Shown: piece by piece, positions 37,587 to 48,343 of the stretch
Numbering within the stretch: the stretch's first letter is position 1
How the letters are laid out: every line of letters starts with the position of its first letter
Assembly (NCBI GenBank): GCA_963774325.1
Contig: CAVZEF010000006.1
Coordinates: 1,126,510 to 1,190,509, forward strand
Length of the DNA: 64,000 bases
Source of the DNA: an uncultured Pseudomonadota bacterium
Lineage (GTDB): Bacteria > Myxococcota_A > Polyangia > Fen-1088
Direction: 5' to 3'
Translations under genes and position numbers: made by a program
The notes under the pieces: model-generated
The model's database searches: none
The model's input: the letters and a program-made list of their open reading frames with translations, nothing else
What the model was told of the DNA's origin: nothing

Positions 37587-38588
37587 TCACCGCCGGCCGA
37601 GGGCCGCGACCAGCTCGGCCGCCGCGCCATAGGGGTCGCGCCGTCGGGCCGCGACGTCGTCGAGCATCGCTTCAGCCTCGGCGGCGCCCACGCCCTCGGC
37701 GCCGTCGAGCCGGCGACGCAGCTCCAGCCGCACGAGCTCGCCGGCGATCGCCAGCACCTGGGCCTCGGCCTGGCGCCGCCGCCGATCGCCGCGCGCTTCG
37801 GGAGCCGCCGGGCGCGCAGCGTCGATCGCCTGCGCCAGCGTGTCGACGCCGGCCCCGGTCGCCGCCACCGTCTTCAAGACCGGCACCGCACCGTCGCGCC
37901 CGCCGCGCCCGCGCTGCGCGAGATCCAGCATGGTCGTCAGATCCCTGGCCGCGCGATCGGCGCCTTCGCGATCGGCCTTGTTGACCACGAGCACGTCGGC
38001 GATCTCCAGAATCCCGGCCTTGAGCGCCTGCACCTCGTCGCCCAGGCCGGGCGCCGTGGCCACTACCACGACGTCGGCGGCGGTCATGACGTCGACCTCG
38101 GCCTGACCGACGCCGACCGTCTCGACGATGACGCGATCGAAGCCGGCCGCGTCGAGCACGCTGACCACGTCGACCGTCGAGCGCGACAGGCCACCGAGCT
38201 GGCCGCGCGTCGCCAGCGAACGAATGAAGACGCCTGCGTCGGTGGCGTGCTGCTGCATGCGCACGCGATCGCCGAGGAGCGCACCGCCCGAGAACGGGCT
38301 CGACGGATCGACGGCCACCACGCCCACCTGCGCGCCCGCGGCGCGGTAGCGGCCGATCAGCGCCGCCACCAGCGTCGACTTGCCGACGCCGGGCATGCCG
38401 GTGACGCCGACGACGAATGCGCGCCCCGTGCGCGGATAGAGCCACGCCAGGTCCTCGGTCGCGCCGGCGATGCCGTCGTCGAGATCGCGCATGAGCCGCG
38501 CGACCGCCCCGCGATCGCCGGCCAAGACCTGCTGCGCGCGCGCCGAGCCCTGCATTGCTCCCGGACGCCCATCGTCGCGCGCCGCCAT
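37587..38588 (-). CDS. meaB: Methylmalonyl-CoA mutase-associated GTPase MeaB/ArgK
   Basis: The P-loop is GVTGMPGVGKST. Also present are DPSSPFSGGALLGDR, VETVGVGQ and NKADREGA (NKxD). It appears fused to the upstream gene only because that gene is frame-shifted (ORF 37587..39821). Confidence 0.85.
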   Translation of the reverse strand: MAARDDGRPGAMQGSARAQQVLAGDRGAVARLMRDLDDGIAGATEDLAWLYPRTGRAFVVGVTGMPGVGKSTLVAALIGRYRAAGAQVGVVAVDPSSPFSGGALLGDRVRMQQHATDAGVFIRSLATRGQLGGLSRSTVDVVSVLDAAGFDRVIVETVGVGQAEVDVMTAADVVVVATAPGLGDEVQALKAGILEIADVLVVNKADREGADRAARDLTTMLDLAQRGRGGRDGAVPVLKTVAATGAGVDTLAQAIDAARPAAPEARGDRRRRQAEAQVLAIAGELVRLELRRRLDGAEGVGAAEAEAMLDDVAARRRDPYGAAAELVAALGRR

Positions 38589-38593
38589 CTCCG

Positions 38594-39749
38594 TCAGGCG
38601 CCCGCCGCCTCCTTGAGGATCTCGCGGGCGATCACCATCTTCTGGACCTCGTTGGTCCCTTCGCCGATCTCGGCGAGCTTGGCGTCGCGCAGGTAGCGCT
38701 CGACGTCGAACTCGCGCGTGTAGCCGTAGCCGCCGTGGATCTGGATCGCGGCGTTGCAGGCGCGCATGACCGTGCGCGCGGCGAAGTAGCTTCGCCATCG
38801 ACGATTCGCGCGTGGTGCGCTGGTGCTGATCCTGGAGCAGCGCCGCGCGCCACACGAGCAGCCGGGCGGCGTCGAGCTCGGTCGCCATGTCGGCGAGCAT
38901 GTACTGGATCGCCTGAAACTCCGCGATCGGCTTGCCGAACTGCACGCGCTCCTTGGCGTAGCGGCGCGACGCCTCCATGGCGGCGCGGCCGATGCCCACC
39001 GCCCACGCGCCGATGCCGATGCGCCCCTTGTCGAGGATCTTGAGCGTGTCGAAGAAGCCCTGATCGAGCTCGCCCAGGCGCTGCGATTCGGGCACGCGCA
39101 CGTCCTCGAGCACCAGCTCCGTGGTGTCCGACGCGTGCAGGCCCATCTTTTCGATGCGCTTGCCGGTGCGGAAGCCGGGCGTGCCGCGCTCGACGATGAA
39201 CGCGGTCAGCCCCTTGGCGCGGAGCTCGGGCGAAGTCGAGGCGAGCACGACGTAGATCGCGCCGACCGACCCCTGGGTGATGAAGGTCTTGGTGCCGTTG
39301 AGCAGCCAGCCGTCGCCGTCACGCACGGCGCGCGCGCGCGCAGCGCCCGCGTCGGAGCCCGAGCCCGGCTCGGTCAGGCCCCAGCCGCCCAGCACCTGGC
39401 CGCTCGCGAGCCGCGGGATGTACTTGCGGCGCTGCTCCTCGTTGCCCGCGAGAAAGAGGTGCCCGGTGCACAGCGAGTTGTGCGACGCCATGGTGAGCCC
39501 GATCGACGCGTCGGCGTGCGCGACCTCTTCGAGCGCGATGACGTAGTCGAGGAACTTCATGCCCGCCCCGCCGTACTCCTCGGGGATCTGCATGCCGAAC
39601 AGGCCCATCTCCGCCATCGGCGCGATCACCTCGTGGGGAAAGCGCTCCTCGCGATCCCACTTCGCGGCGTTGGGGATGATGAGCCGGTCGCAGAGCTCGC
39701 GCACCGACTTCTGCAAGATGAGCTGTTCTTCGGTGAGATCGAAGTTCAT
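38594..39749 (-). CDS. Acyl-CoA dehydrogenase, frame-disrupted near 38785-38792
   Basis: MNFDLTEEQLILQKSVRELC...GWGLTEPGSGSDAG...FGKPIAEFQAIQYMLADM. The conserved tail FAARTVMRACNAAIQIHGGYGYTREFDVERYLRDAKLAEIGEGTNEVQKMVIAREIL is in another frame and ends at TGA 38594-38596. Confidence 0.85.
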
Positions 39750-39825
39750 GATGCGACCCCTGGGAGGGTTCCCAGACCCTCCCGCGATGGGCTCCGGCGG
39801 CGGACCTGCCTGCGCCCACACGTTT

Positions 39826-41100
39826 TCATTTGGACCTGGCCTTGCCGGCCGGCTTGAACCGCTCTTTGTCGGGTCCCCCCGGCGCGAACGCCTGCAGGAT
39901 CATCCCCTTCTCGTCGCCGTGAAACTTGATGGCGTGCGGCTGGTCGGCGGGGATGTGTATCGCCTGTTCACGGCCAAACTTGATCTTGTCGCTGCCCACG
40001 GTCAGCTCGCCCGCGCCCGAGAGGACGTAGAGGATCTCCTCGCTCCCCTCGTGGGTGTGGCGCGGGATCTCGCCGCCGCCCTCGACCTCGATGAGGCCGA
40101 CATAGACGTCCTTGCCGCCGGTCGAGTCCTCGTTGAACAGCGGGTGCGCGCGCACGTGGCCAGTGGCGCCCGAGATGCTCTCGGTCTTGCCCGCCGCGCT
40201 CGCCGTCACGAGCTTCGCGCCCTCGGGCGGCGTCGCCTGGCGCGGGTCGCGGATCACCTCGAACGCGGCGCGGCCCGCCTCGTCGCGCGGATCGCGGTAC
40301 ACCTTCTCGGGGCCGAGCGGCGCGAAGATCTCCAGCATGATGGCCGGCGCCGACCGGCCCATGTTCTCGATGGCGTGCGGGAAGTCGCCGGGGATGAAGA
40401 TCGCCTCACCCTCGTCGATCTTCTCGGGCAGGCGGCCCTGCGCCCCGATCACGCGCGCGTGGCCCTTGAGCACGTACAGCACCTCGGCGCCCGGGTGCTT
40501 GTGCATCGCGATCCGGTTGGCCGGCGACACCGTCAGCAGCGACAGCGACGCGTGCTCGGCGCGCATCGTCGCCTCGTCGACCAGCAGCTTGACCGAGTAC
40601 GGCGCCACGCCGGTCTGCAGCCCCTTGCGCTTGTGCTTCGGAGCGGGCGGTCCGTGGTCGGGCGCGTCGGCCGCCTTCAGCGAGAACTGCGCCATCTGCC
40701 CCTCGAACGTCAGCGGCACGATCACCGTGCTGCCGGCGTCGATGCCCGCCATGGTCCACAGCTGCGCGCTCTCCTCGAGGCAGGCCAGCAGCACCGGCGA
40801 CTTCACCTCGTCGAGCGCCGGCTCGGCCTTGGTCACGTGCCCCTCGGCGCCGACGTCGACGGACAGCTCGATCTTCCCCGCGACGTCCAGCTTGTCGGCC
40901 AGCGCCTTCTCGAAGCAACGGTGCACCTCGCTGCCGTGCGCGACCAGCGTCGCCTGCAGCACCTCGGCGATGCGCTGCTCCTCCGTCTGCTCGGTGGCGT
41001 GCGCGCGCGCCTCGCGCAGCCCCATGCCCATCAGCGCCAGCGCCAGGCCGAGACGCAGCGCCGGCGACGCGCCAAATGTCCGAAGGAAATCTCTCGTCAC
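39826..41100 (-). CDS. Secreted bicupin protein with an N-terminal TonB_C/AgmX-like module
   Basis: The signal is [19 protein letters not shown]. There are two cupin cores ([19 protein letters not shown]...[11 protein letters not shown] and [21 protein letters not shown]...[11 protein letters not shown]). The GTG at 41100 overlaps the upstream stop (GTGA). Confidence 0.6.
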   Translation of the reverse strand: MTRDFLRTFGASPALRLGLALALMGMGLREARAHATEQTEEQRIAEVLQATLVAHGSEVHRCFEKALADKLDVAGKIELSVDVGAEGHVTKAEPALDEVKSPVLLACLEESAQLWTMAGIDAGSTVIVPLTFEGQMAQFSLKAADAPDHGPPAPKHKRKGLQTGVAPYSVKLLVDEATMRAEHASLSLLTVSPANRIAMHKHPGAEVLYVLKGHARVIGAQGRLPEKIDEGEAIFIPGDFPHAIENMGRSAPAIMLEIFAPLGPEKVYRDPRDEAGRAAFEVIRDPRQATPPEGAKLVTASAAGKTESISGATGHVRAHPLFNEDSTGGKDVYVGLIEVEGGGEIPRHTHEGSEEILYVLSGAGELTVGSDKIKFGREQAIHIPADQPHAIKFHGDEKGMILQAFAPGGPDKERFKPAGKARSK

Positions 41101-41525
41101 GCAGCGGCTCCTTCCACGCGCGGGCGCAGCTCCCGCTCGATCCAGTCCACGATCTCTTGCGTCGACGCCCCCGGCTTGAAGATCGCCGCCACTCCTTGCT
41201 GCTTCAACGCCACCACGTCCTCGTCGGGAACGATGCCGCCCCCAAACACCACGACGTGCCCGGCGCCGCGCGCGCGCAGCGCCTCGATCACCGCCGGGAA
41301 ATGCGTCATGTGCGCACCCGACATGATCGACAGCCCGACCGCGTCGGCTGATTCCTGCAGCGCTGCCGCGGCGATCATCTCGGGCGTCTGGTGCAGGCCC
41401 GTGTAGATCACCTCGTAGCCCGCGTCGGCCAGCGCGCGCGCAACCACCTTGGCGCCGCGGTCATGCCCGTCGAGCCCGGGCTTGGCGACCACGATCCGGA
41501 TCTTGCGCTTGGCGGCTTCGGACAC
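41097..41525 (-). CDS. Methylmalonyl-CoA mutase B12-binding (small) subunit
   Basis: [35 protein letters not shown] carries the DxHxxG cobalamin motif. SGAH and GGGIVP follow. Confidence 0.9.
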   Translation of the reverse strand: MSEAAKRKIRIVVAKPGLDGHDRGAKVVARALADAGYEVIYTGLHQTPEMIAAAALQESADAVGLSIMSGAHMTHFPAVIEALRARGAGHVVVFGGGIVPDEDVVALKQQGVAAIFKPGASTQEIVDWIERELRPRVEGAAA

Positions 41526-41552
41526 GTCTCGGCAATCTTATCAGATGGCTTG

Positions 41553-42722
41553 TCAGATGGATGGCGAGCCGGTGCGAGCCTCGCGCAGCAGCTCTCGCGC
41601 GATGACCAGACGCTGGATCTGGCTCGTGCCTTCGTAAATGGTGGTGACGCGGACGTCGCGAAAGTGGCGCTCGACGGGGAATTCGCGCGTGTAGCCGTAG
41701 CCGCCCAGCACCTGCACGGCGCGGTCGCAGATCTCGTTGGCGCGTTCGGTGGCGAAGAGCTTGGCCTCGGCGGCCTGGCGGCTGAACGGCAGGCCGCGCT
41801 GCTTGCGCCAGGCGGCGGCCAGCGTGAGCAGCCAGCCGGCGTCGAGCCCGACCGCGGCGTCGGCGAGCGCGAAGCGTACCGCCTGGAAATCGCCGAGCGG
41901 ACGGTTGAACTGGCGGCGCTCGCGCACGTAGGCGCAGGCCACGTCGAACGCGGCGCGCGCGATGCCCAGCGCCTGCGCGGCGATGCCGATGCGGCCGCCG
42001 CCCAGCGCCGAGAGCGCGACCTTGAGCCCGTCGCCTTCGTTGCCGACCAGCGCGTCGGCGGGCACGACCACGTCGTCGAACGTGAGCGCCACCGTCGAGG
42101 ATCCGCGCAGGCCGGCCTTGTCCTCGTGCCGGCCCGGCGTCAGGCCGGGTGTCCCCTGCTCGACGGCGAAGGTCGAGTAGCCGGCGCGGCCCAGCGACGC
42201 CCCGTTGCGCGCGGCCACGAGCAGCACGCCGGCGCGATCGCCCGAGGTGGTCCACAGCTTGTTGCCGCGGATGCGGTAGCCGCCGCCGGCGTCGCGCTCG
42301 GCGGTGGTGGTCATCGCCGACGGGTCGCTGCCGGCCTGCGCCTCGGACAGCGCGAATGCGCCGGCGATCGCGTCGCCCGAGCACAGCCGGGGCAGGTAGC
42401 GCTGGCGCGCGGTCTCCGTTCCGAAGCGGGCCAGCGTCTCGGCGACCATGTTGGTGACCGACATCGTGACCGCGACCGAGGCGTCGCCGCGCGCGATCTC
42501 GCGCAGCGCGAGCGCCAGCGCGATCGGCCCCGCCTCGACGCCGCCGTAGGCCGCGGGGACCATCACCCCCAGCAGGCCGAGCTGGCCGAGCGCGCGCATC
42601 TCGCGCTCCGGGAACTCGCTGGTTCGATCGCGCTCGCCGGCGCGCGGAGCCAGCTCGCGCTCGGCGAACGCGCGCGCGGTGTCGGCGATCAAGCGCTGCT
42701 CGTCGTCGGGCTCGAAGTCCAC
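41553..42722 (-). CDS. Acyl-CoA dehydrogenase
   Basis: Lies in ORF 41553..43427, with a GTG at 42722. It reads VDFEPDDEQRLIADTARAFAEREL...FALSEAQAGSDPSAM...FNRPLGDFQAVRFALADA...GGYGYTREFPVERHFRDVRVTTIYEGTSQIQRLVIAREL. Confidence 0.85.
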   Translation of the reverse strand: MDFEPDDEQRLIADTARAFAERELAPRAGERDRTSEFPEREMRALGQLGLLGVMVPAAYGGVEAGPIALALALREIARGDASVAVTMSVTNMVAETLARFGTETARQRYLPRLCSGDAIAGAFALSEAQAGSDPSAMTTTAERDAGGGYRIRGNKLWTTSGDRAGVLLVAARNGASLGRAGYSTFAVEQGTPGLTPGRHEDKAGLRGSSTVALTFDDVVVPADALVGNEGDGLKVALSALGGGRIGIAAQALGIARAAFDVACAYVRERRQFNRPLGDFQAVRFALADAAVGLDAGWLLTLAAAWRKQRGLPFSRQAAEAKLFATERANEICDRAVQVLGGYGYTREFPVERHFRDVRVTTIYEGTSQIQRLVIARELLREARTGSPSI

Positions 42723-42797
42723 GGACCCGTTTATATCGCGACGGGCGGGCGCTTCGTTGCGGCCATTTCGCGGGCCGTGAACTAATCTCCCCGGGCC

Positions 42798-43418
42798 GTG
42801 CCCCCCACCTCCCCCATGGTCGAAGCCGCGTCGCGCGTGCTGTTCCTCGCGCGCCACGGCGAGACCGCCTGGAACCTGGAGCAGCGCTGGCAAGGTCAGA
42901 CCGACGTCGATCTCAACGACAGCGGGCGCGCGCAAGCGGCGGCGCTGGCGGTGCGACTGGCGGCGCACCGGATCACGCGCATCATCGCGAGCGATCTGGC
43001 TCGCGCCCGCGAGACCGCCGAGATCGTCGCGCGCCACCTGGGGATCGACGGCATCGGGATCGACCCCGAGCTGCGCGAGCGTGGCTACGGCATCTTCGAG
43101 GGCCTGACGCGTGCCGAGTGCGAGGCCCAGCACCCGCACGAATGGGCGGCCTACGTCGGCGACCGCAGCCACACCCCCGCGCGCGGCGAGCCCGACGCCC
43201 AGGTCGCCGCTCGCATGCAGGCGGCGGTGGCGCGCGCGGGCGCCCGCGCCGACGGCGAGCCCCATGGCGCGGTGCTGGTGGTCAGTCACGGCGGCTCGCT
43301 CCGCGCGCTCATCGCCGCCGCGACCGGCTGGCGCCCGCCGCCGATGGGCAACGGCGACACCTATCGCGTCACGCTCGGTCCCGACGATCGCTTGCGCGAG
43401 CCCGCGCTGCTGCCCTGA
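42798..43418 (+). CDS. Histidine phosphatase (phosphoglycerate mutase / CobC-like) family protein
   Basis: LFLARHGETAWNLEQRWQGQTDVDLNDSGRAQA contains the RHG motif. SDLARARETAEIV and VVSHGGSLRAL are also present. Confidence 0.8.
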   Translation: MPPTSPMVEAASRVLFLARHGETAWNLEQRWQGQTDVDLNDSGRAQAAALAVRLAAHRITRIIASDLARARETAEIVARHLGIDGIGIDPELRERGYGIFEGLTRAECEAQHPHEWAAYVGDRSHTPARGEPDAQVAARMQAAVARAGARADGEPHGAVLVVSHGGSLRALIAAATGWRPPPMGNGDTYRVTLGPDDRLREPALLP

Positions 43419-43439
43419 CCGCCCCACCCGGGCGCGCGA

Positions 43440-44240
43440 TCACCGCGCGGTCCAGCCGCCGTCGATCATCAGGGTCGTGCCGGTCACCATCGCCGACGCG
43501 GGCGACGCGAGGAAGATCACGGCGGCGGCGACGTCGACGGGATCGCCGACGCGGCCGAGCGGGATGCGCGAGAGCAGGTCGGCGCGGAAAGCGTCGTCGG
43601 CCAGCCACTTCACCGTGCCGGGCGTGCGGATGAACGTCGGCGCCACGGCGTTGACGTTGATGCCGTGGGGCGCCCACTCGACGGCCAGGCACTTGGTCAG
43701 GTGAGCGATCGCCGCCTTGGTCATGCAGTAGACCGATTCGGTCGGCAAAGCGACGAACCCGGCCTGCGAGCTGAGGTTGATGATCCGTCCGCCGCGGCCG
43801 TCGCGGATCATCGCCGCGCCGACCTCCTGGCACACGAAGAACGTCCCCTTGAGGTTGACGTCGACGGTGCGATCAAAGTCGGACTCGGTGACCGACAGGG
43901 CGGGGTTGGGCGGGCCGATGCCGGCGTTGTTCACCAGCACGTCGATGCGTCCGAGAGCGCGCAGCGCCGCCGCGGTCGCGCTCTCGATCTGCTCGCGCCG
44001 GGTGACGTCCATCTGCAGCGGCACGGCCCGCCGGCCCAGCGCTTCGACGGCGGCGACGAGCGCGCGCGCGTCGCCGGAGCCAGCGTCGCGGAACCCGAGG
44101 GCCAGGTCGGCCCCCGCCTGCGCGAGCGCGAGCGCGCACCCGCGCCCGATGCCGCGCGCCGCCCCGGTCACCAGCGCCACCCGCCCCGCGAGATCGAACC
44201 GCGGCGCGGGCGGAATCACGGAATCAGTGGATTCGCCCAT
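43440..44240 (-). CDS. Short-chain dehydrogenase/reductase (SDR)
   Basis: The ATG at 44240 lies within ORF 43440..45032. Motifs are VTGAARGIGRG, NNAG, SVYCMTKAA (YxxxK) and PGTV. Confidence 0.85.
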   Translation of the reverse strand: MGESTDSVIPPAPRFDLAGRVALVTGAARGIGRGCALALAQAGADLALGFRDAGSGDARALVAAVEALGRRAVPLQMDVTRREQIESATAAALRALGRIDVLVNNAGIGPPNPALSVTESDFDRTVDVNLKGTFFVCQEVGAAMIRDGRGGRIINLSSQAGFVALPTESVYCMTKAAIAHLTKCLAVEWAPHGINVNAVAPTFIRTPGTVKWLADDAFRADLLSRIPLGRVGDPVDVAAAVIFLASPASAMVTGTTLMIDGGWTAR

Positions 44241-44257
44241 CGGTACGACAAGCTTGG

Positions 44258-46667
44258 TTACGGGCTCGGCAACGCCGACAGCTTCAGGACCACGCCGCCC
44301 TCGCTGCCGGGCTTGTCGGCGTCGACGACCAGGTGGTAGCGGCCCATGGGCAGGCGTGGGAACACCTGCGTGCCGGTCGCGGCGCCGCCGGTCTTGAAAC
44401 AGGCCCAGTTGGTCGACGCCTCGCACGCCAGCAGCATCCCCGCGTCGGCGTAGATCGCCAGCGCGTGGTTGCCGACCTGCGCCCACTGCACGGTCAGATC
44501 GGACAGCGCCGGCAGCTGGAAGTTGACCACCGCGTCCTGCCCGCCCGGCGCGCTGGTGCACATCGCCGTGACCTCGTCGTCGCCCGCCGTCGACGTCTGC
44601 ACGACCACCGACGACGCCGTTCCGTCGAGCGGCAGCAGGCCCACGGTCTGGTCGGCGCGGCAGGCGAACTTGGCGCAGCTGGGATCGGTCACGCACTTGA
44701 GGTCCATGCAGTCGATGGCGCCGTCGCCGTCGTCGTCGATGCCGTTGTTGCAGATCTCGCGGATCGCGTCGCCGAGACCGGTCAGCGTCAACATGACGGT
44801 CCCTTCGGTGCCCGGCTGGAAGGCCTGGACGATCAGGTTGTACGTGCCGGGTTGCAGATTCGGGATCGCGAACGAGCAGCCGAACGGCAGCACCTCCGGA
44901 TCGGCGCAGTTCACGGCGTTGGCGTTGCAGGCGTCCAGCGGCTGCAGCTGGCGCGCCAGCTCGAAGACGTGCGACCCGGTCTCGGTGCAGTCGATGCCCA
45001 GCGACATCGGCTGGGTCAGCGTCGAGCCGCACGACCTTCTCCTTGCCGTCGCCGCTGCCCGCAGTCGGTCTGGTACAGGTTCTTGCCGGTGGTGGTGTCG
45101 ATGGTCAGCGTCTGGACCGTGCCCGTGCTCGACGTGCTCGGCCCGGCGGTGAACGACCCGGCGTTGGTGTCGGCGGTGCACGCCGACGCCGTGCAGTTGC
45201 CGACGCCGAAGCAGTCGGGATCCATGCAGTCGATCAGCCCGTCGCCGTCGTCGTCGACGCCGTTGTTGCAGATCTCGACATCGCCGCGCCCGTTGGTGGG
45301 CACCGAGAGCCGCATCGACACGAGGCCGGTCTGCAGCGGGCTGGTCGCCTTGACGATCAGCAGATACTGGCCCGCCGGAAGCCCGGTGATCGCGAACTCT
45401 CCCGCGGGCAGACCGGGGTTGAAGCAGTCCTGTTCGTTGTCGTCACAGGCGAGCCCGGCCGGCGGCAGCGGGAAGAGCCCGAAGACGTGGTCACCCCCCT
45501 GGTTGAACACCACGTCGACCGTCGACGCGACCGGGATGGTGAACAGCACCGCTCGATCCGCGCCCATGCTCGCGCCGGCGCAGGTCACCTGATAGCGGTT
45601 GGTCGAGGTCGCGGTGTTGATCGTGATCATCTTCGCGGGCGCGCCCACGACCAGCGCGCCGACGTTGTTGTCGGGCACGCACTCGCTACCCACGCACAGC
45701 GGCGAGCTGATGCACGCGCTGTCGGCGCAATCGACGAGGCCGTTCATGTCGTCGTCGATGCCGTTGTTGCAGATCTCGACGCCGTGGCGCGTGTTCCCCG
45801 TCGACAGCGTCACCTGCGTCGACCCCTCGGCGCCGGGGTACGACTCGACGATGACGCGGTAGACGCCTGCCGCGAGCCCGGCGTAGCGTGTGCGTCGCCG
45901 ACGGCGCCTGGCCGACTTGCAGGCAGTAGACCAGGTTCTGGTCGCAGGCCTGGTTCGCTCCGGCGCGGAACAGCGACACCACGTGGGCGGTGCTCGGTCG
46001 CCTGCGTGAAGTCGAGCCGCACGTCGGTGGTCTGGGTCAGCGTGAACTCGCCCACGCGCCCGTGACCGCCCGACTGCGCGCAGGTGGCGTAGGCGTTGGG
46101 CGCGCCGCGGGTGTTCATCGTCTGGGTCACCGTCGCGTTCTGCGGCGCGATCGTCCCGAACTGCACGTCGACCTGCACTTCACCGCCAGGCACGCGGGGA
46201 ACTTGGTGCACTGCGGGTCGCTGCAGTCGACCAGGCCGTCGCCGTTGTCGTCGCGCCCGTTGTCGCAGATCTCGGTGCCCATCACCGGGCGGCACGACGG
46301 GCTGCCGGCGCAGTCGGGATCGGCGCAGTCGATGAGCCCGTCGAAGTCGTCGTCGAGGCCGTTGTTGCAGATCTCGACGCCCGGCTTGATGCAGGCGTGA
46401 TCGCCGAAGCAGCCGGGGTCCTGGCAGTCGACCAGGTTGTTGCAGTTGTCGTCCTTGCCGTTGTCGCAGATCTCCAGCTTGGCCGGACAGGGCGGCGGCC
46501 CATCGGACGCGCCGTCGCGCCCAGCTGCGCCGCCGTCGGTGCCGGAGCCGTCGCTGCCGCCCAGGCCGCCCGCCACCGCGACCGCGCGCGGAGAACAGAT
46601 CGGATCGCCCGCAGCCGCCGCTCGAGAGTCCCAGCAACAAGATCGCGAGAGCAGCCGCCAGCCTCAT
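44258..46667 (-). pseudogene. Modular Cys/Asp-rich repeat lipoprotein (metal-binding-motif repeats plus four beta-rich modules); about 6 frame changes
   Basis: The ATG at 46667 gives signal MRLAAALAILLLGLSSGGC. Three tandem motifs follow (EICDNGKDDNCNNLVDC, EICNNGLDDDFDGLIDC, EICDNGRDDNGDGLVDC). Four modules of about 130 aa come next, each preceded by an EICNNG(I/V)DDDxxGxxDC motif. The pieces are 45810..47021, 46127..46576, 45686..45982, 45016..45813, a short stretch in the frame of 43440..45032, and 44258..45181. Confidence 0.7.
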
Positions 46668-46787
46668 TTTTCCCCAGTGTACGACGGGTCGCCGAACGGT
46701 CCACCGCAAAAGTCCGTGAACATCCCGCGCGGAGCGCCGCTCACCGCCCGGCCTCCGCCCGACGCGAAATTCGTGTAAAACCGCGGC

Positions 46788-48311
46788 ATGCCGTCCGCAT
46801 CGCCCCTGATGGTCCAGAACCCGGGGACCGGCGCCACGATCACGGAGGTCCCGCAGGCGACGGCCGCCGACGTGGCGGCGGCCATCGCGCGCGCGCGCGC
46901 CGCGCAGCCGGCCTGGGCCGCGCTCTCGTTCGCCGAGCGGGGGCGCGCCCTGCGCCGCCTCGACCCACCGCATGCTCTCGGACACGGCGCTGCTCGACAC
47001 GCTGGTCGCCGAGAGTGGCAAGCCTCACTACGAAGCCGAGGCAATGGAGCTGTTCTACACCTGCGAGCTCACGCGCTATTACACCGGCCGCGCCGGACGC
47101 CGCGCGTTGCGCGACGACGTGCGCCACCCGCTGGTGTTCTCGAACAAGCGGGCGCGCGTCGATCTACCACCCGCGCGGCGTCGTCGGCGTGATCGGCCCC
47201 TGGAACTGGCCGCTGCTCAACAACTTCGCCGACTGCGTCGCGCCGCTGGCGTGCGGCAACGCGGTCGTGCTCAAGCCGTCGGAGTGGACGCCGCTGACGT
47301 CGCTGCGCGTGCTCGCGCTCTGGCGCGAGCTCGGCCTGCCCGAGGACGTCTTCCAGGTCGTCACCGGCAAGGGCGACGTCGGCCAGGAGCTGTGCAGGCA
47401 GGTCGACATGATCTTCTTCACCGGCAGCCAGAAGGTCGGCCGCGCAGATCGCGCGCGACGCCGGCGAGCGGCTGATCCCGGTCGTGCTCGAGCTCGGCGG
47501 CAAGTCGCCCATGCTCGTGCTGGCCGACGCCGACCTGCCGCGCGCCGCGCATGCCGCCGTGTGGAGCGGCTTCGCGCACAGCGGCCAGGTCTGCATCCGC
47601 ACCGAGCGGGTCTACGTCGAGGAGCCGGTCGCCGCGCGCTTCGTCGAGCTGTGCGCGGCCGAGGTCGCGAAGGCTGCGCCAGGGGCCGGCGCCAGCGCCG
47701 CACGGCGACCGCAGCGACGTCGACTTCGACGTCGGGCGCGATGACGTTCGCGCCCCAGGTCGACAACGCGCGCGCGCAGATCGCCGACGCGGTCGCCAAG
47801 GGCGCGCGCGTCGTCACCGGCGGCGCGTCGCGGGCCGACCTGCCGGGCCGCTTCTTCGCGCCGACGCTGATCGCCGACGCCACGCCCGAGATGGCGGTCA
47901 TGCGCGAGGAGACCTTCGGCCCGGTGCTGCCCATCATGCGCGTGCCCGACGCCGAGACGGCGCTGCGCCTGGCCAACGATTCGCCGATGGGGCTGTCGGG
48001 CAGCGTCTGGTCGCGCGACGCAGGCGCGCGCGCAGGCCATCGCCCGGCGCCTGGAGTCGGGCAGCGTCTGCGTCAACGACGTGCTGGTGAACTACTTCTG
48101 CGTCGAGGCCCCGCTCGGCGGCGTCAAGGCGAGCGGCCTCGGCTTCCGCCACGGCCCCGAGGGGCTGCGCCAGTTCTGCCGCATCGAGACCGTGGTCGAG
48201 GACCGCGCGGTGCTGGGCATGCTCTCACCGTTCGTGAGCCGCCAGCTGACGTTCCCTTATCGGTCGCGCGTGCTGCGCATCCTGCGCTGGTTCATGCGCA
48301 GGATGTACTGA
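46788..48311 (+). pseudogene. Aldehyde dehydrogenase family protein; six successive +1 frame changes
   Basis: ALDH motifs are spread over frames 46788.., 46972.., 46397..48334, 47484.., 47551.. and 48081..48311. They include VIGPWNWPLLNN, VVLKPSEWTP, LELGGKSPMLV, REETFGPVLPIMRV, NDSPMGLSGSVWS and APLGGVKASGLG. Confidence 0.8.
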
Positions 48312-48343
48312 GCAGCGGGACGTTCCTCAAGTGATGGTTTAGA

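Noticed and set aside
37587-39821. 744-aa acyl-CoA dehydrogenase-MeaB fusion
   Set aside because: The dehydrogenase's conserved C-terminal 70 aa sit in another frame ending at 38594. MeaB has its own ATG at 38588. The fusion is caused by one inserted base near 38788.
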